DNA of 40,081 bases from Salpingoeca rosetta (taxonomy: Eukaryota; Protista; Choanoflagellata): NCBI GenBank assembly GCA_033442325.1, contig JAWQFM010000015.1, positions 940,741 through 980,821 on the forward strand, given 5' to 3'. This document shows, piece by piece, positions 15,911-34,321 of this stretch; positions within the stretch are counted from its first letter, which is position 1; each line of letters opens with the position of its first letter. The notes beneath the pieces are model-generated. The model made no database searches. It worked only from the letters and a program-made list of their open reading frames with translations, and was not told the origin of the DNA. A program made the position numbers and the translations under genes.

Positions 15911-17276
15911 AACAGCGACGTGGTCGCTCACATGCACACACACACGCACGCACGCGCGCGCGCACACACACACACACATGTACACAGTTGAGAACGACGA
16001 TCACAGCGACTTTCTTCGTCTCCGCAACCTCCTCCTCAGGTACGCTCGCGTGCACAGTGCTGCTTGCATTGCATCCCGACCCCTCACACATGTGCTTTTG
16101 CCCTTGCCTCCATCCCTCTCATCACTCACTCACTCACCATACACCACCACCACCATCACCACCACCATCAGGACACACCTTGAGGTGCTGCGGCTGTCGA
16201 CACACACGACGTTTTACGAGCGCTATCGTCAGCGCCGGCTCGTTGATCTCGGGTTTGCGCCGTCGGGCCGCCACACATCCACCAGCGGGGCGGACGGCGA
16301 CGCAGAGGACGTGCCGGAGTCGTGCGTTGATAGAGATGCGGTGGAGGAGAGATGGGAAGGGGGGGTGATGGTGTTGCGTGTTTCGTGTTTCGTGTTTGGC
16401 TTGTGTGCGTGTGTGTTTGTGTGTGTGTGTCTGTGTGTCTGTGTGTCTGTGTGTGTCTGTGTGTGTGCGTGTTTGCGTGTTATTGTGTGTGCACTTTGCC
16501 TTGGCTTCACCTCTTCCGCTCACTTCCCGTGTCATCCCCCCACGTGGCACGCGTGCGAGTGCAGGCTGACGGAGGTGTATGAGCAGAAACGGCGGCAGTA
16601 CAAAGAGCTCATGGCCCGCAAGGAGCAGCAGCTCAAGGAACAGTTCATGCAGAAGGTGGGCTGTGCTGTGCTGCCTGCGGCGGTGGTGGTGTGTGTTTGT
16701 GGGTGTGCCTTCCTGTCTGTCTGTGCCCCCTCTGCCTTGCGTGTGTGTGATGATGTTTTCCTTTTGCTCTCCTCCTCGTCCCATCCTCCGCCGCTCTCCG
16801 CTCACCCGCAACAACACCGCCATCACCCGTGCCATCAGGTGAACGAGAAGGAGGGGGAGATTCGCAAGATTGAGAAGGAATTGCGCGGGAAACGCGATGA
16901 GCTCGTCAACATTCACCGCAGCGAAGAGGCCAAGATCAAGGCCGCTCTCCAGGTGAGGCGTGATGTGGATGGTGGTGTTGGAGAGTGGCGTGTTTTTTGC
17001 TCCTCGCTACATCAAGACAACACACACACACACACACTCACTCACTCACTCACTCACTCACACTCACTCACACTCACTCACTCACTCACTCACTCACTCA
17101 CTCACTCACTCACTCACTCACTCACTCACTCACTCATACACACTCACTCACACCACGTGCAGGCGCTTGCGCGGGACCGCGCTGCGTGGCAGGCGGAGTG
17201 CGAGGCGCGACGCAAGGAGGAAATGAGCAAGGACTCGAAGAAGAAGGACAAGAAGGACAAGCACCGCCACAAGTGA
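13635..17276 (+). CDS. SEPT6: Septin, SEPT6 group. Exons approx. 13635-13655, 13922-14036, 14311-14555, 14744-14878, 15090-15161, 15417-15479, 15721-15811, 15988-16039, 16172-16321, 16565-16655, 16839-16952, 17163-17276
   Basis: [12 protein letters not shown] and [14 protein letters not shown] (G1), CSVGYGDQ (G3, SEPT6-like), [14 protein letters not shown] (G4), septin unique element [19 protein letters not shown]-terminal coiled coil and basic tail. Confidence 0.93.
13751..13881 (+). repeat. (CACT)n tetranucleotide array in the 3' part of septin intron 1; similar arrays at ~17034-17150 and ~20808-20996
   Basis: Read directly. Confidence 0.95.
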
Positions 17277-17649
17277 CTGGTGGCACATGCATTGTGCTTC
17301 CTTGATGTCCCTTCCCTCCCCCCCCCCCCACCTGCCCTGCGGGTCTTTGTCATCCTCACTCGTGTTCGCTTTTGAGTTGTAATATTGGCTTGGTGCCACA
17401 TTCGTTGTTGCTGCTGTGTGAGCTTTACTCTTCATGTTGAGTGTGATACAGTCACATGGCACAGTGCACCGCGCGATGAGGGGAGCAAAACGAGGCAAGG
17501 GGAAGCCAAGAAAGAAGTGAAAAAGAGGCAATTACAACGGCGTCAAGGACGACCGTGTCCACGATGACAGAAACCACACGCGAAACTTAAACCGAGGCTG
17601 AATAGAGGGAAGTGTACAAAGTGGGAGCAATGGTGTGCGCCAGCCGTGT

Positions 17650-18046
17650 TCATCTGCAGTTGACTTGCACCGCTGTTAATGTTGAGGGGGGGGGGGAACA
17701 GATAACAAAAACAGGTTGTGAGTATGTGTGTGTGTGTGTGTGTGTGTGAACACGTGTGAGTGCGTGTGTATGGTCGAGAGAAGCAACATGATGGTTGCGC
17801 GTTGGGCATGCGTAGTGTTTTCTTTGTACAACAGGTAAACCTCGTTGCTAGCACAGCACCAGCACCACTTACGCCTTGCTGTGCGGGGCTTGTAGAGGAT
17901 GCGGTGGCCGCAGTTGGTGCATGCAAGGGAGTCCATCTGCCTGATGCGCGTGCGACGTCCACAGCCTGGCGCAACAGCGCGTGCGACAAATTTGTGAACG
18001 CAAGCTGCTGGAGGCAAGGCGAGCATTAAACAAAAAGCACCACACC

Positions 18047-18123
<77 letters not shown>

Positions 18124-18293
18124 GCGCGCACGCACACACACGCACACACACAAGCGCACACACACACAAGCGCACACACACACACACACACACACACAAG
18201 CACACACACCCACACACACACGCCTCACGTACTTCCGCAAATGTACTCCATGGCCACCTGCTGGCCAGGAAGGAGGTCCTGCTGCTGATCCAT
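17650..18293 (-). CDS. POLR2K: RNA polymerase I/II/III shared subunit RPABC4 (RPB12), 58 aa. Exons 18293-18233, 17965-17873, 17672-17650
   Basis: Spliced [58 protein letters not shown]. Zinc ribbon YICGxC...[14 protein letters not shown]. Exons sum to 177 nt. Confidence 0.93.
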
Positions 18294-18484
18294 AATTGAG
18301 AGAGTGAGTGAGGCGCGAGGGTGGCAGAAGATGCGCTGTCGTCTCGTCTCGTGTGGTGGTGGTGTGGTCGTGTGTGCAGTTGTGAAGAATGGCGATATCT
18401 TCCTATATTTTTCGGCGTCGGCTTGGCTTATGGGTTGTCCTCTCGCTCGGCTGGAGCAAAGGAAACACACAAAGCAGAGAGACG
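18294..18484. promoter_or_regulatory. Putative bidirectional promoter between RPB12 (-) and the DAPP1-like gene (+)
   Basis: The divergent start codons are only ~190 bp apart. Promoter function is inferred. Confidence 0.55.
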
Positions 18485-19463
18485 ATGGATGAAGGTGGAG
18501 ATGAAGGCAGCAGCGTCCCCACGGTGGGATGCTCTGCGTCGGATGTGGATACGATCGAGGCAACAAGGGATGTGGACACGCTGCCGAGGCAAGAGCTGCT
18601 CACGGTGTTCAGGTTCGTGAAGCGATCCCAATCGTTGAAGAGAAACACATCACTGACTGGTTCACTTGTTTTCCATCCACTCACACATTCTCTCACTCGC
18701 ATACACACACTCACTCACTCCCTCACTCCCTCACACTCTCACTCTCACTCTCACTCACTCTCACTCTCACTCGCACGCACACACACACACTTACACGCAC
18801 GCACGCACACTCACTCGCACATACGCACACACTTACTCTCACCCTCACTGACTTACGCACACACTCACACAGCTTCTTCCATGGCATCATGACACGTCAC
18901 GCTGCGGAAACGTTACTGCTGCACGGTGGTCCTGGGATGTACTTGTTGCGGGAGATCCCTTCAGAGGAAGGCGAACGCACAGGCACTCTCTGCCTCTCCG
19001 TTCGCAACCTTCACGCTGTCTCGCACTTCCTGTGAGTCTGCAACAAGGGAGAGAGAGGGGAGTGCGAGCGAGTTTGGGTCTACTCACTCATTCACGTCGA
19101 GCGTGGGCGTACATGCAGATGTGTGTGTGTGGGTGGGTGGGTGTCATGTGTCTGTATCTATATGTCTGTGTGTGTGTGTGTGTGTGTGGGTGTGGGTGTC
19201 ATGTGTCTGTATCTATATGTCTGTGCGTGGGTGTGGGTGTGAGGCCAAAGATGCCGTTCATTCCCTCATTCTACATGTGGGTGCCATTGAAATCAGAGTA
19301 TCGTGGAATGGCAAGGAATTTCAGATCGGTCCATCTGTGTACTCGAGTGTACAGACATTCGCAGACTTTTTCGCATGTCCAGGCTTCTTTGACGGCAACG
19401 GTACATTGCATTTGTCTTTCGTGTGTGTGTGTGGTGGGGGTGGGGGGGTGGTGGTGTGTGTGT

Positions 19464-19502
<39 letters not shown>

Positions 19503-21670
19503 TGGTGGTGGTGGTGGCACGTAGGTAATCTAGAAAGTATTTCTTACGGGTACTGAGTAGAAGTAGTTCTGCTAAGACAGTTTCTCCCACTCCCAGATCC
19601 TTGGTGGTGGTGTGTGTGTGCGTGTGTGTGTGTGCGTGTGTGTGTGTGTCTGTGTCTGTGGGTGTGGGTGTGGGTGTGGGTGTGTGGGTGCGTGCGTGCG
19701 TGTGGGTGGGCGTGTGGGTGGGTGTGCTGTGAGATGCTTGTGTATGCGCGTGATTTTCTTGCGCTTGTGTCCATCAGACGTGCTCACACTGTTCTTCGTC
19801 CTCCTAGGCAACAAAATCACGCTCGGCTCACCGTATCCGCGAGAGGTGTACGAGAAGCATTTATACGACAAGGTTCGTGCGTCACGGGTGTCGCAGGGCC
19901 GCAAACCACCCACCTGTTGATCAAATACACACGCGCACACACATTATCCACACACACACTTACGTACATTATCCACACACACTCACGCACATTATCCACA
20001 CACAAACTCACACACACATACACATACACACACACTTGCATGTCCTCGCGTACCCTCGTGTAAACACCCCCTTCCGCTGCGCATTCACTGCCTTTGTGCT
20101 CCAGGTTCAAACCCAGATGGAGTGGGGCAGCGGGGTGGAGAGCTCCAGGAGACGGAAGAAGAAGAAGAAACCACAGGACGAGCGCTGCCGCAGCATGCAG
20201 ATCCTTCGCGCCTCCGTGAGTCTATCGGCGTCTGTCCGTGTGTGCGCGTGTGTCTGTGTGTGTGTGTCTGTGTGTCTGTGTGTCTGTGTGCGTGCGTGTG
20301 TCTGTGTCTGTGTCTGTGTGTGTCCGTGTGTGTGTGTGTGTGTGTCTGTACGTGTGTGCGTGCGAATGTGCTGCTTCGCCCCCACCTTTTACAACTCATC
20401 AACACGTGTACGAATATATGTCCAATCGCAGACGGAATCGAAGGAAGGATACTTGACCAAACTTGGCAAAGTGCGAAAGGTGAGAACCCCCATGCATGCA
20501 CACACACACACACACGTACGCACGCACACACAAACACACACACGCACGCACTCAATCACTCACATCCTGTGCTCACCTTGCTTTATATGTGTGGGTGTGC
20601 AGACATGGAAGGTGCGATGGTTTTCTGTGACAAAGAACGAATTCCGTTACTACAACCAACGCGGGGTGAGTTTGCTATCATGCGTGCTGTTGTTGGCACA
20701 ATACTTGCACACGCTGGATCCTTTGCGTAAAGTTCTATGTTGCTGTTGTCCATGTGTTACCTTGTATTCAATTGAGATACAAGAGAGAGTCAGGGACAGA
20801 GACTCCTTCACTCACTCACTCACACACTCCTTCACTCACTCACTCACTCACTCCTTCACTCACTCACTCACTCACTCACTCACTCACTCACTCACTCACT
20901 CACTCACTCACTCACTCACTCACTCACTCACTCACTCACTCACTCACTCACTCACGCACGCACTCACTCACTCACTCACTCACTCACTCACTCACTCGCC
21001 CTCACACGCACACACAATTGCCTGCAGGACTCGCAACCGATCCGGGTGCTGGACCTGTGTGAATGCAAACGCGTGGAGAGGACAGAAGTGCCGGGAAAGT
21101 TTCACGCATTCTGGTCAGTTGTCAACGTGCTGCTTGCTTGTGATGTGTGCTATGGTTGGTACATGTTCTTCGCAAAGCACGCACACACACACACACATAC
21201 ACACACACACATACACACACGCCAACACTCGCTCGCTCACTTTCACACATGCATACGACCCACTGCTCGCCTCACTTGGCGCTACCAGTGTTGAGATGCC
21301 GACACGCGAGTTTCTGATGTATGCGGCGACGGAGGACGAGGCCGACGCCTGGGTCGCGGTCCTGCAGGCAAAGCTGGTGCGCTGCGGTGCTGTGTTGTGT
21401 TGTGCTGTGTGTATGTGTGTATGTGTGTTGGTATTACAGTGTTCTTGTGTATGTGTGTGTGTTTGTATTTCTGTGCTCTTGTGTCTGTGTGTGTCTGTGT
21501 GTGTCAGTGTCTGTGTCTGTGTATCTGCAAGTGGCTACGACCTTCCACCTTTGCACCTATGACAGCTTTCAGCACTTGTTTCAAACGGACCCTGATCGCC
21601 TCCATCAACTTGCCCGCCCATGTCCCGCGTTCGTGCATTTCAGGAGGCTGTCCAGTCGTTAACATCATAA
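18485..21670 (+). CDS. DAPP1: DAPP1/Bam32-like SH2-PH adaptor. Exons approx. 18485-18612, 18873-19031, 19297-19400, 19808-19872, 20105-20215, 20432-20479, 20603-20665, 21028-21113, 21289-21376, 21644-21670
   Basis: SH2 [16 protein letters not shown]...YLLRE...LSVR...HF. Linker [37 protein letters not shown]...[10 protein letters not shown]...[13 protein letters not shown]. All are colinear with recalled DAPP1 motifs (WYHGNLTRHAAEALLL, YPRKVEEPSIYESV, KEGYLTKQGGLVKTWKTRWF, PIRILDLTEC). Confidence 0.85.
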
Positions 21671-21767
21671 TGCCAACAGCACCGCCCGCTACTGATGCCC
21701 ACGTTACATGCACGTGTTACACCATCGCTTCCTGTTCCCTCTCCCCATGTCCTCAATCACCACCACT

Positions 21768-21832
<65 letters not shown>

Positions 21833-21872
21833 ACGCACAACACATCATCATCATCATCATCATCATCATCAT

Positions 21873-21917
<45 letters not shown>
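21768..21917. repeat. Two (CAT)n trinucleotide tracts between the convergent 3' ends of the DAPP1-like and LRR kinase genes
   Basis: Read directly. Confidence 0.95.
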
Positions 21918-22311
21918 GCGTGTGCCCTTAATTTCATGCACTGCGCTCCATGCTGCCGTTGCCTTCACCTGTCGATACACGCGCGTGTGTGTTCTCTGCT
22001 GACCTGCTGCTCATCCATTGCCTTTGGTTTGTGTTGCTGCTGACTGTGAACTGTTGACAACTCTTGTTCAGCTGCATGCAAGCTTGTTGGTGTTGTGATT
22101 AATGAACGAAACGAATTGAACGTGTCCATGGATGATGGAGCATACATGCAGGCAAGGATGGTTGGAAGGAATGAAGTTGAAACTCAAGGTGAAAAACGAA
22201 TCGTGCGCGCAAACACAATGACTAATGATGAACTGAAATAGTGGCACTGGCACCAGTGCCGAACACGAGATCGCCATTGACACACATATGCACACACATG
22301 CATACAAGCGT

Positions 22312-27059
<4,748 letters not shown>

Positions 27060-27359
27060 GACGCCTCGTATCTATGAGTGAGGGTGAAAGGCGTGGAGGT
27101 TGTGCTTTCGTTGTCGCTGTCTTGTTGTGGGCAGTATGATGGGGGGGGGAGGAGGGCGCTCAAGAGCTGCTGGCTTGGTAGTGGTATGCAAGAGACGCGA
27201 TGTGCGGAGGCAGATGGGCGGATATGGAAGGTAGACAACAAGGAGAGGAGCAGCACAATGGCTCAAACAAAGGCTCCAAACAACAACTCCAAACGAAATT
27301 TGACGGTTGATATTGCAAATTGCAGAACACAACCAACAGCGAACAAACGTTGTGTCACG

Positions 27360-27482
<123 letters not shown>

Positions 27483-27547
27483 TGCAGAGAGGCAAACACA
27501 CACGCACAAGCATCACAACCACGGCAAAACACGTTCTGCCACTAATC

Positions 27548-28591
27548 TCATCCCTTGTTCACATGCATCTTCATCTCCAACTCTTGAAACGACGGCCGTT
27601 CCCATGGGTTGTTGCCCACACACTTGAGAGTCAACTGCACAAACCAGTCACGCACTGCATGCACGCACATGCCGTGTTGGTTGTCGTCAACCACAGATGA
27701 GTCGCACGTGAGTTCCCCAACACAGCAGTGCCACAGTACAACGCAGCAGACAGCACACAGTTGAACAAACAACCAAGACACAGATGCGCAATTGTGAACC
27801 AAGATACACAGATGTACACACATACACAGGCATGCGCACACTGCACACGCACGTACACAGTACACAGGTATGCGCACACCGGACACACACACACACATAC
27901 ACACGCATACGCACACAACACACATACACACACGTGCACACATACAGAACTCACCCTCCTCATCGCCATCTTCGAACCGCAAGCGCCTCCCTTCCTGCAG
28001 CAGCTGGCTCAGAGTGGCAAGCATGGGACCACGGAAGTTGCTCCCTTTCTCCTGCTCAATCAAGTCAGGCACACGCTGTGTCGCCACCTCCCACATCAGC
28101 ACCCCAAAGCTGAACACGTCTGCCTTGGCGTTGTACTTGTCGCCCAACAGCACCTCCGGCGCCATGTACAGCGGCGTCCCCACACCCGCCGTCATTGTCA
28201 TGCTCGGGTTCATCGTCGCGGTGCCCGCCGCCTGCGAGTACGTCAGGTCACCAGCACGTGCAGCTGGAGTGGCTGGCACGTTTGCGGTGCCACCCGCGAG
28301 GCACTGGCGAATGGATCCGAAATCCGTGATCTTGGCACGCAGTCGCGATGACACCAGCACATTGCCGCTCTTCAGATCCCTGCAGTGCATGCATGTGTGT
28401 GTGAATGTGTGTGTGTGTGTTTACGAATGTGTGTGTGTGTGTGTTTACGAATGTGTGTGAATGTGTGTGTGTGTGTTCAGTGATGGTGTGTGTGAATGTG
28501 TGTGTGTTAAGTGATGGTGACGACCCGCAGTTACACAACAATGACCAACGCCACACACACACGCACACACATATATATATATATATACACA

Positions 28592-28680
<89 letters not shown>

Positions 28681-31600
28681 GTGCACTTGATCCAAACTGT
28701 GGATAAAGGCCATCCCACTCGCAACATCGCGCAACAGCCGCAGCTTCAGCTCCCACACCCCCGCCATCCCTTCTGCCTTCTCCTCCCTCTCTTCTCCTTC
28801 AGCATCATCATCATTGTTCCTCTCTGCAACCTCCTGCAATACCCGCGCCATGTCCTTGCCCAACAAGTCCTTGAGCGACCCCATCGCCACAAACTCCAGC
28901 ACAAGGAACGGGCTGCCGTTGGGATCGGTGCCCGCCCCAAAGAACCGCACCACGTGTGGATGCCGTGTCCGCTGCAAGAACTCCACCTCCTTCTCAAACT
29001 CAACCACCGTGCTCTCGTCAAACATCATCACCCCTTGCTGCAGCACCTTCACTGCCACTGTGACTGTGTCCCATTGTGCCTTGAACACCACGCCAAACGC
29101 ACCCGCAGCAACCCGTTTGATCATCCTCAGCTCATCGTACTCGATCTCCCACACCTTCTTCAGTGCCATCACCTCCGCGTCTCGCTCCACCAGCAGCTGC
29201 TCCTTCAGCGCGTTGTCCGCCTGCAGGCGTCGCTGTCGTGTGTATGTGCGGTACGCGGCGAACAGGATACCCTGGAACGCCAACAAGCCTGCCAGCGTGC
29301 CCAGCACCGCTGCTGTGTTGTCACGCTCGATCACACGACAGCGGCCACCGCGATGCTCGTACCCTTGCGCACACTGGCACGTGTACAGGTAGCCCACCTG
29401 TCGAAATCTGACCTGACGAACCACGGCCGACTGGCGCGTGTGCAAGTTTACAAACTGCAGCTGGCACGCGATGGGGTTGTTGGCGAGCTGGAAAAAGGAA
29501 GTGGTGGAGCGGCCTGCAAGGGGCACCAAGTCATCGCCCAGGTATGTCTCGTCCTCTCCCAAGACGATAACGTTCGCAACCACGCTGTTCACGACGCTGG
29601 GTCGATTGAGCTGCGCATTGTTGCTCAGGTCCAGCACATCCACACCCCCAAACGCCAAGCACTGGGATAGCAGCTGCCGCAAGCGTGCTGTGTTTGTCAA
29701 GTCCCCAGTCTGCCAGTTGCGTGCAACAACCGTGCGTGTTCCAAGCGACGTGCACAGTCCACGGAACAGCGGCACCCGTGTGCCACTGATGTCCAGCACC
29801 TCTGCTGACGGCACCTGCAGCTGCTGCAGACGTGGACACCCGGACACGTTGAGCTGCTGCACGCCGCCGACACTGCTCACGCTCTGCAGGTGCAGGTTGT
29901 CTTGGAGGAAGACGGCGTCATAGGCGACGCCATCGCACAGGCGCACGTGCGTGAATGCCGTGTTGGACAGCTCAAAGCGCGAGACTGTGTCGGACAGCAG
30001 CGCACAGATGTCGTCCACGGCCACAGTGGTCTCGTCCATGCCACTCCAGCCAAGGGACAGCTCGTCCAGCGTGACGGCGTGGCTTGCGATGAGCGCAGAG
30101 AGCGGCTGCGTCACGTCCATGTTGAGGACATCGAGTGCACGGAACCGGCTTGACGGGCGCAGCTGGTCCGATTCGCTGCGGATCGTCACGACAGGAGGCG
30201 GGGACAGTGGGGTTGCTGCAGCAGCCAGGTCCAGGCGATGCAGGCGTGTGAGCTGCAGGAGTGGGGTCATGTCAATCTTGGCAATGCGGTGGCCAGTGAT
30301 GGCGAGCTCAGCTAGGTGTTGGGTGCCCCGCACAGCCGGTGCAGTTGTGAGCGGGTTTCCGTCCAATAGGAGCGCGTCCAATTGCGGGAACGACCGTGCG
30401 GGGAATCGGGTGAGGCCATTGTGGCTCAGGCTCAGCAAGAAGAGCTGTGTGAGGTTGGTGAGCGTGCCATGAGGGACGGTGGAGATGCGGTTGAAGGCAA
30501 GGTCAAGGATTGCCAGTCGCGGGTGGTCGTGAATGGAATGCAAAATGGTGGCGTCGAGCAGGTTGTGCTGTGCTTGCAGGCTTGCCAGCGCCGGTGCGGT
30601 TGGGAGCAGCTCAGCATCCACGTGTGTGATTTGGTTCTGGAACACGGTCAGCTGCTCCAACGCCAGGGCACCGTCGGCAAACCACGCACGGTCGACACGT
30701 CGCAGCGCGTTGCCCTCCAGTCGGACGATCGCCAGCCGCGTGAGCGACGCAAATATTCCGGGCGGAAGGCTGGAAAGTTTATTTCTGCTCAGGTTGATGT
30801 GTGTCAGTCGTGTATTGTGTTGAAAGGCAGACGCTGGGACATGGCCAATCTCGCACTTGTCCAGGAAGATGCGCTGCAAGTTGACGAGGGGCGCGAGGGC
30901 GAGCGGTGGAAGCGCGCCAATGGGGTTGCTCCAGAGTTGCAGGGCAACCAGGTTGGAAAGGCCATTTGCAAAGGCGCGTGCGGGAAAAAGTGTGAGGTCG
31001 TTCTCAACGAGGTTAAGGGTGCGCAGGAGCGTGAGCTGTGCAAACGCGTTGTCGTGGATGCTGCTGATGTGGTTCTGGCGAAGGAGCAGAATGCTGAGCT
31101 GCGTCATGCTGGCCAGGGTGGTGTTGGTGATGGTGGTGAGCTGGTTTGCGTAGAGGTCGAGGGTGACGACACGCTCCATGCCGGCAAATGCGTCGCTGCT
31201 GATGTGTCGAATGCTGAGAAAGTTGAGACGCAGCTCTCGCAGAAAGGCTGCACGAAGAAATGGCTGCTCGCTCGCGTTGCGACGCAGGGCCACGCGATTG
31301 ACGTGACCATGGGTGATCTGAAGCCCTTGCAGCACAGGCAGGGGGTTGAGTATGTTGAGGTGAAGGGCGGGCACCTCCATCCCGTTGATGATCAGCTCAG
31401 CAGCTCGGTCCCACGTTCCGCTGTCCAGCACCCACCGCAGGTCGTCCTCGAGCACCACGCCGGACAGGCGCAGGTTGCGCGGGCGCCACGTGGCTGTCTG
31501 AGCTTGAAGGTACTGTGAGGCGGCTGCAACGTCATCGGCGCCCTTGTTCTCTCGCGCGTCTGTCACCAGCGGGCCCTCCTCCAAGGAGGTGTCAAACACA

Positions 31601-31773
31601 ATCTCCAGGGTGGCTGTGGGCAACGTGGAAGGAGGATAGCTGCAGTTGCGCTTGAGGATGCTTGATAGTGTGCATGTTGGGTTCTCAGGATCAAATGGGT
31701 CTTCTCGCCGCACGCGCGATTGCATTGGGTGCGTATGGTTGCGCGCGTTTGAAGTGTGTGATGATGATGATGC

Positions 31774-31805
<32 letters not shown>

Positions 31806-31809
31806 CTGC

Positions 31810-31840
<31 letters not shown>

Positions 31841-32331
31841 GGTAGGTCGGAGTCGGAGTGGCGATTAACGGCAACTGGGCGTCGTTTCCGATCAGGAGTG
31901 GGCTGGGGTGTTGGTGTCGTTGTGCTTGTTAGGAGAGCGGCTTCCTTGATGTGTCTGGCGCCTTGGTGTGCCACGCTGCAGAAGTGTGCGACGATGGTAA
32001 GGAGTGCTTGAGCCTCAGGTGTGTCATCCTGTGCCCTCACCAATGCAACTTTTGCTTGACCACACAGCTTGTTGTGTTCACGTGCGCTGATGCCCAAGCA
32101 TGCCAATGCGGCGTTAGGGCTGCAGGTGGTGTGCGGATTCGAAGGCGACAAAGGAGGAGAGCGTGCGCCAGTCTTCTTCTTGGCGAAGGTGTGCGTGTCC
32201 AAGTCGCCGTTGATTGCTGAAGCGTCCGTGACGGTCAGGGGAGCTGCCAGGACGAGAAGCCAGACTGATGACAGCAACAAGCACTTAAGGGGCATCGTGA
32301 GCCCGTGCCCACTGCTGCCACACACTCCCAT
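27548..32331 (-). CDS. LRR receptor-like Ser/Thr (TKL-type) kinase 2, tandem paralogue of kinase 1. Exons 32331 (or 32295)-28679, 28379-27955, 27654-27548
   Basis: Signal peptide MPLKCLLLSSVWLLVLAAPLTVTDA, LRR array and TM AAVLGTLAGLLAFQGILFAAY. Kinase motifs VAAGAFGVV, VHR|DLKSGN, DFG, GTPLYMAPE and RPSF. Both introns match those of kinase 1 in phase and approximate position. Confidence 0.93.
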
Positions 32332-32488
32332 CGGGGTGAAGGGGGGATGAGAGACTGGGAGATGTGTGGTGTGGGTTCGGGGTGCAACGTGCTGTGAATG
32401 CGCATGCGTTTGCTCCTTCCTTGTGAGGATGATGGTTACTGAGGATTTGATGGTGATATAGTCAAATTTCGGAGACGCGGTAACGCTG
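32332..32488. promoter_or_regulatory. Putative bidirectional promoter between LRR kinase 2 (-) and MUS81 (+)
   Basis: The inferred divergent ATGs are ~160-190 bp apart. Confidence 0.45.
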
Positions 32489-33940
32489 ATGAACGAGTTG
32501 TGCGCCAAGTGGCTGCTGACCGCGTCCAGATCGGTGCGTGTGTGTTTTGTTTGAGTGTGTTCGCGTAAGTGAGTGTGCGAGTGAGTGTGTTCGAGTGAGT
32601 GTGTTCGCGTGAGTGAGTGTGCGAGTGAGTGTGTTCGAGTGTGTGTGCGTGTTTGCTCGCCTGTGTGTGTGCTTGCGTCGTTCGTGCATGTGTGTGTGCG
32701 TGTGTGTGTGCTCGTCTCCTCAATTGTGTGTACACTTCGAGGAACTCATGGCACATGCCGAACACAGGCCGGAAGCGAGCCGATCCGACACAGCTATCGT
32801 CGTGCGGCGCGAGCGATCCAGGCGTGGAAACAGCCAATCACACATGCAGACGATCTCAAGGTGCGATGTTTCCGTGCATGGGTTTTGCCGTGAGCGGGGG
32901 AATGCTGTAGGTGCTTGTGCGCTTTACACATCGCCACGCCCACTCACACACGCACACGCACACGCACACGCATGCATACACACGCACACACACACACACA
33001 AACACACACACATGTACTCACATTCTCACGCCACGCACATTCTCACGCCACGCACATTCTCACGCCACGCACATTCTCACGCCACGCACATTCTCACGCC
33101 ACGCACATTCTCACGCCACATACATTCTCACGCCACATACATTCTCACACACTCACACACATGCGCTGCGGTGTTGACCAGGCCGTGAAAGGCGTCGGGC
33201 CTTTCATATTGTCCTTCTTGAAAACAAAGCTGGAAGGTGAAGCCGTTAGCACTCCTGCTGCGAATGTAGTGTCACGAAACACGTCGCTGCCAGCACCTCC
33301 AGCCAAGCACAGCGCACCCTCCAGCGCTTCCTCCCCGATTGTGCTGTGTGACGACAGCGATGACGACAATGACAGCGACGGCATCGCAGTTGTTGTCAAC
33401 GATGAGGAGCCCTCACGCAGCTATCTGAGCACCCATGTCGACAGCCACTTCGGCAGCACCGCCAGCGCTGATAATGATGATGAGGACGATTTGCCTCCGT
33501 GCCTTGGAATGAGCACTGCGAGCCCCACCGTGCCAGCAACGCCGCCATCATCACGGGTGACCCCTCGTGAGCGAACGCCGTCCCGCTTCGTTGTTGCACG
33601 TGGCAGCGTTTCCGTCCCCTCTCGCTCACACACAGCGGGGAGCGTGAGCACCCCAGAACACACCGCACATGCTTCACGCATCGCACGCACCTTCAGCAGC
33701 GGGAGCGGGAGCGCCACCACTGGTGGCATGAGCTCAAAAGTTGCTTCGTCCCCTGTGAGCACGCGGCGGCCGACGACAGCGGCAGGGCCAGCGAACGACT
33801 ACGACTTTCCCTTGTCACCGCCTCGTTCTACGGGGAAGCGGCGGCCGCCAAAGGCAAAAACGCCAGCAAAGAAATCTCGCACGTCTGGTCCGCGGCTTCC
33901 TGCACAAGGATCAGGTGCGTGTGTGCCTGTGTTTGCGTGC

Positions 33941-34023
<83 letters not shown>

Positions 34024-34278
34024 TGTTTGTGTGCGCATGCCTGTTTGAATTGTCTTTCGTATCTGCGTGCTTCTCTGTGTGGCGATGTGATGGCGATGTG
34101 ATGGCGAACGTGCGTGAACATTCAGCAGCATCTCACAGCCGTTCTGCGATCGTCACCACTAGGCGCATACGGCATTTTCATGGCGTTTCTCAAGGCTCGC
34201 GAGGTGAGCAACTGTTGCTGTTTGTGTCGACACATGAGATTTACCGGAATGTCTCTTTGATCATTTGATTTACATTCA

Positions 34279-34321
<43 letters not shown>

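Noticed and set aside
21695-22043. Poly-His, poly-Ile, poly-Ser and poly-Asp ORFs
   Set aside because: They are translations of (CAT)n tracts downstream of the DAPP1-like stop codon.
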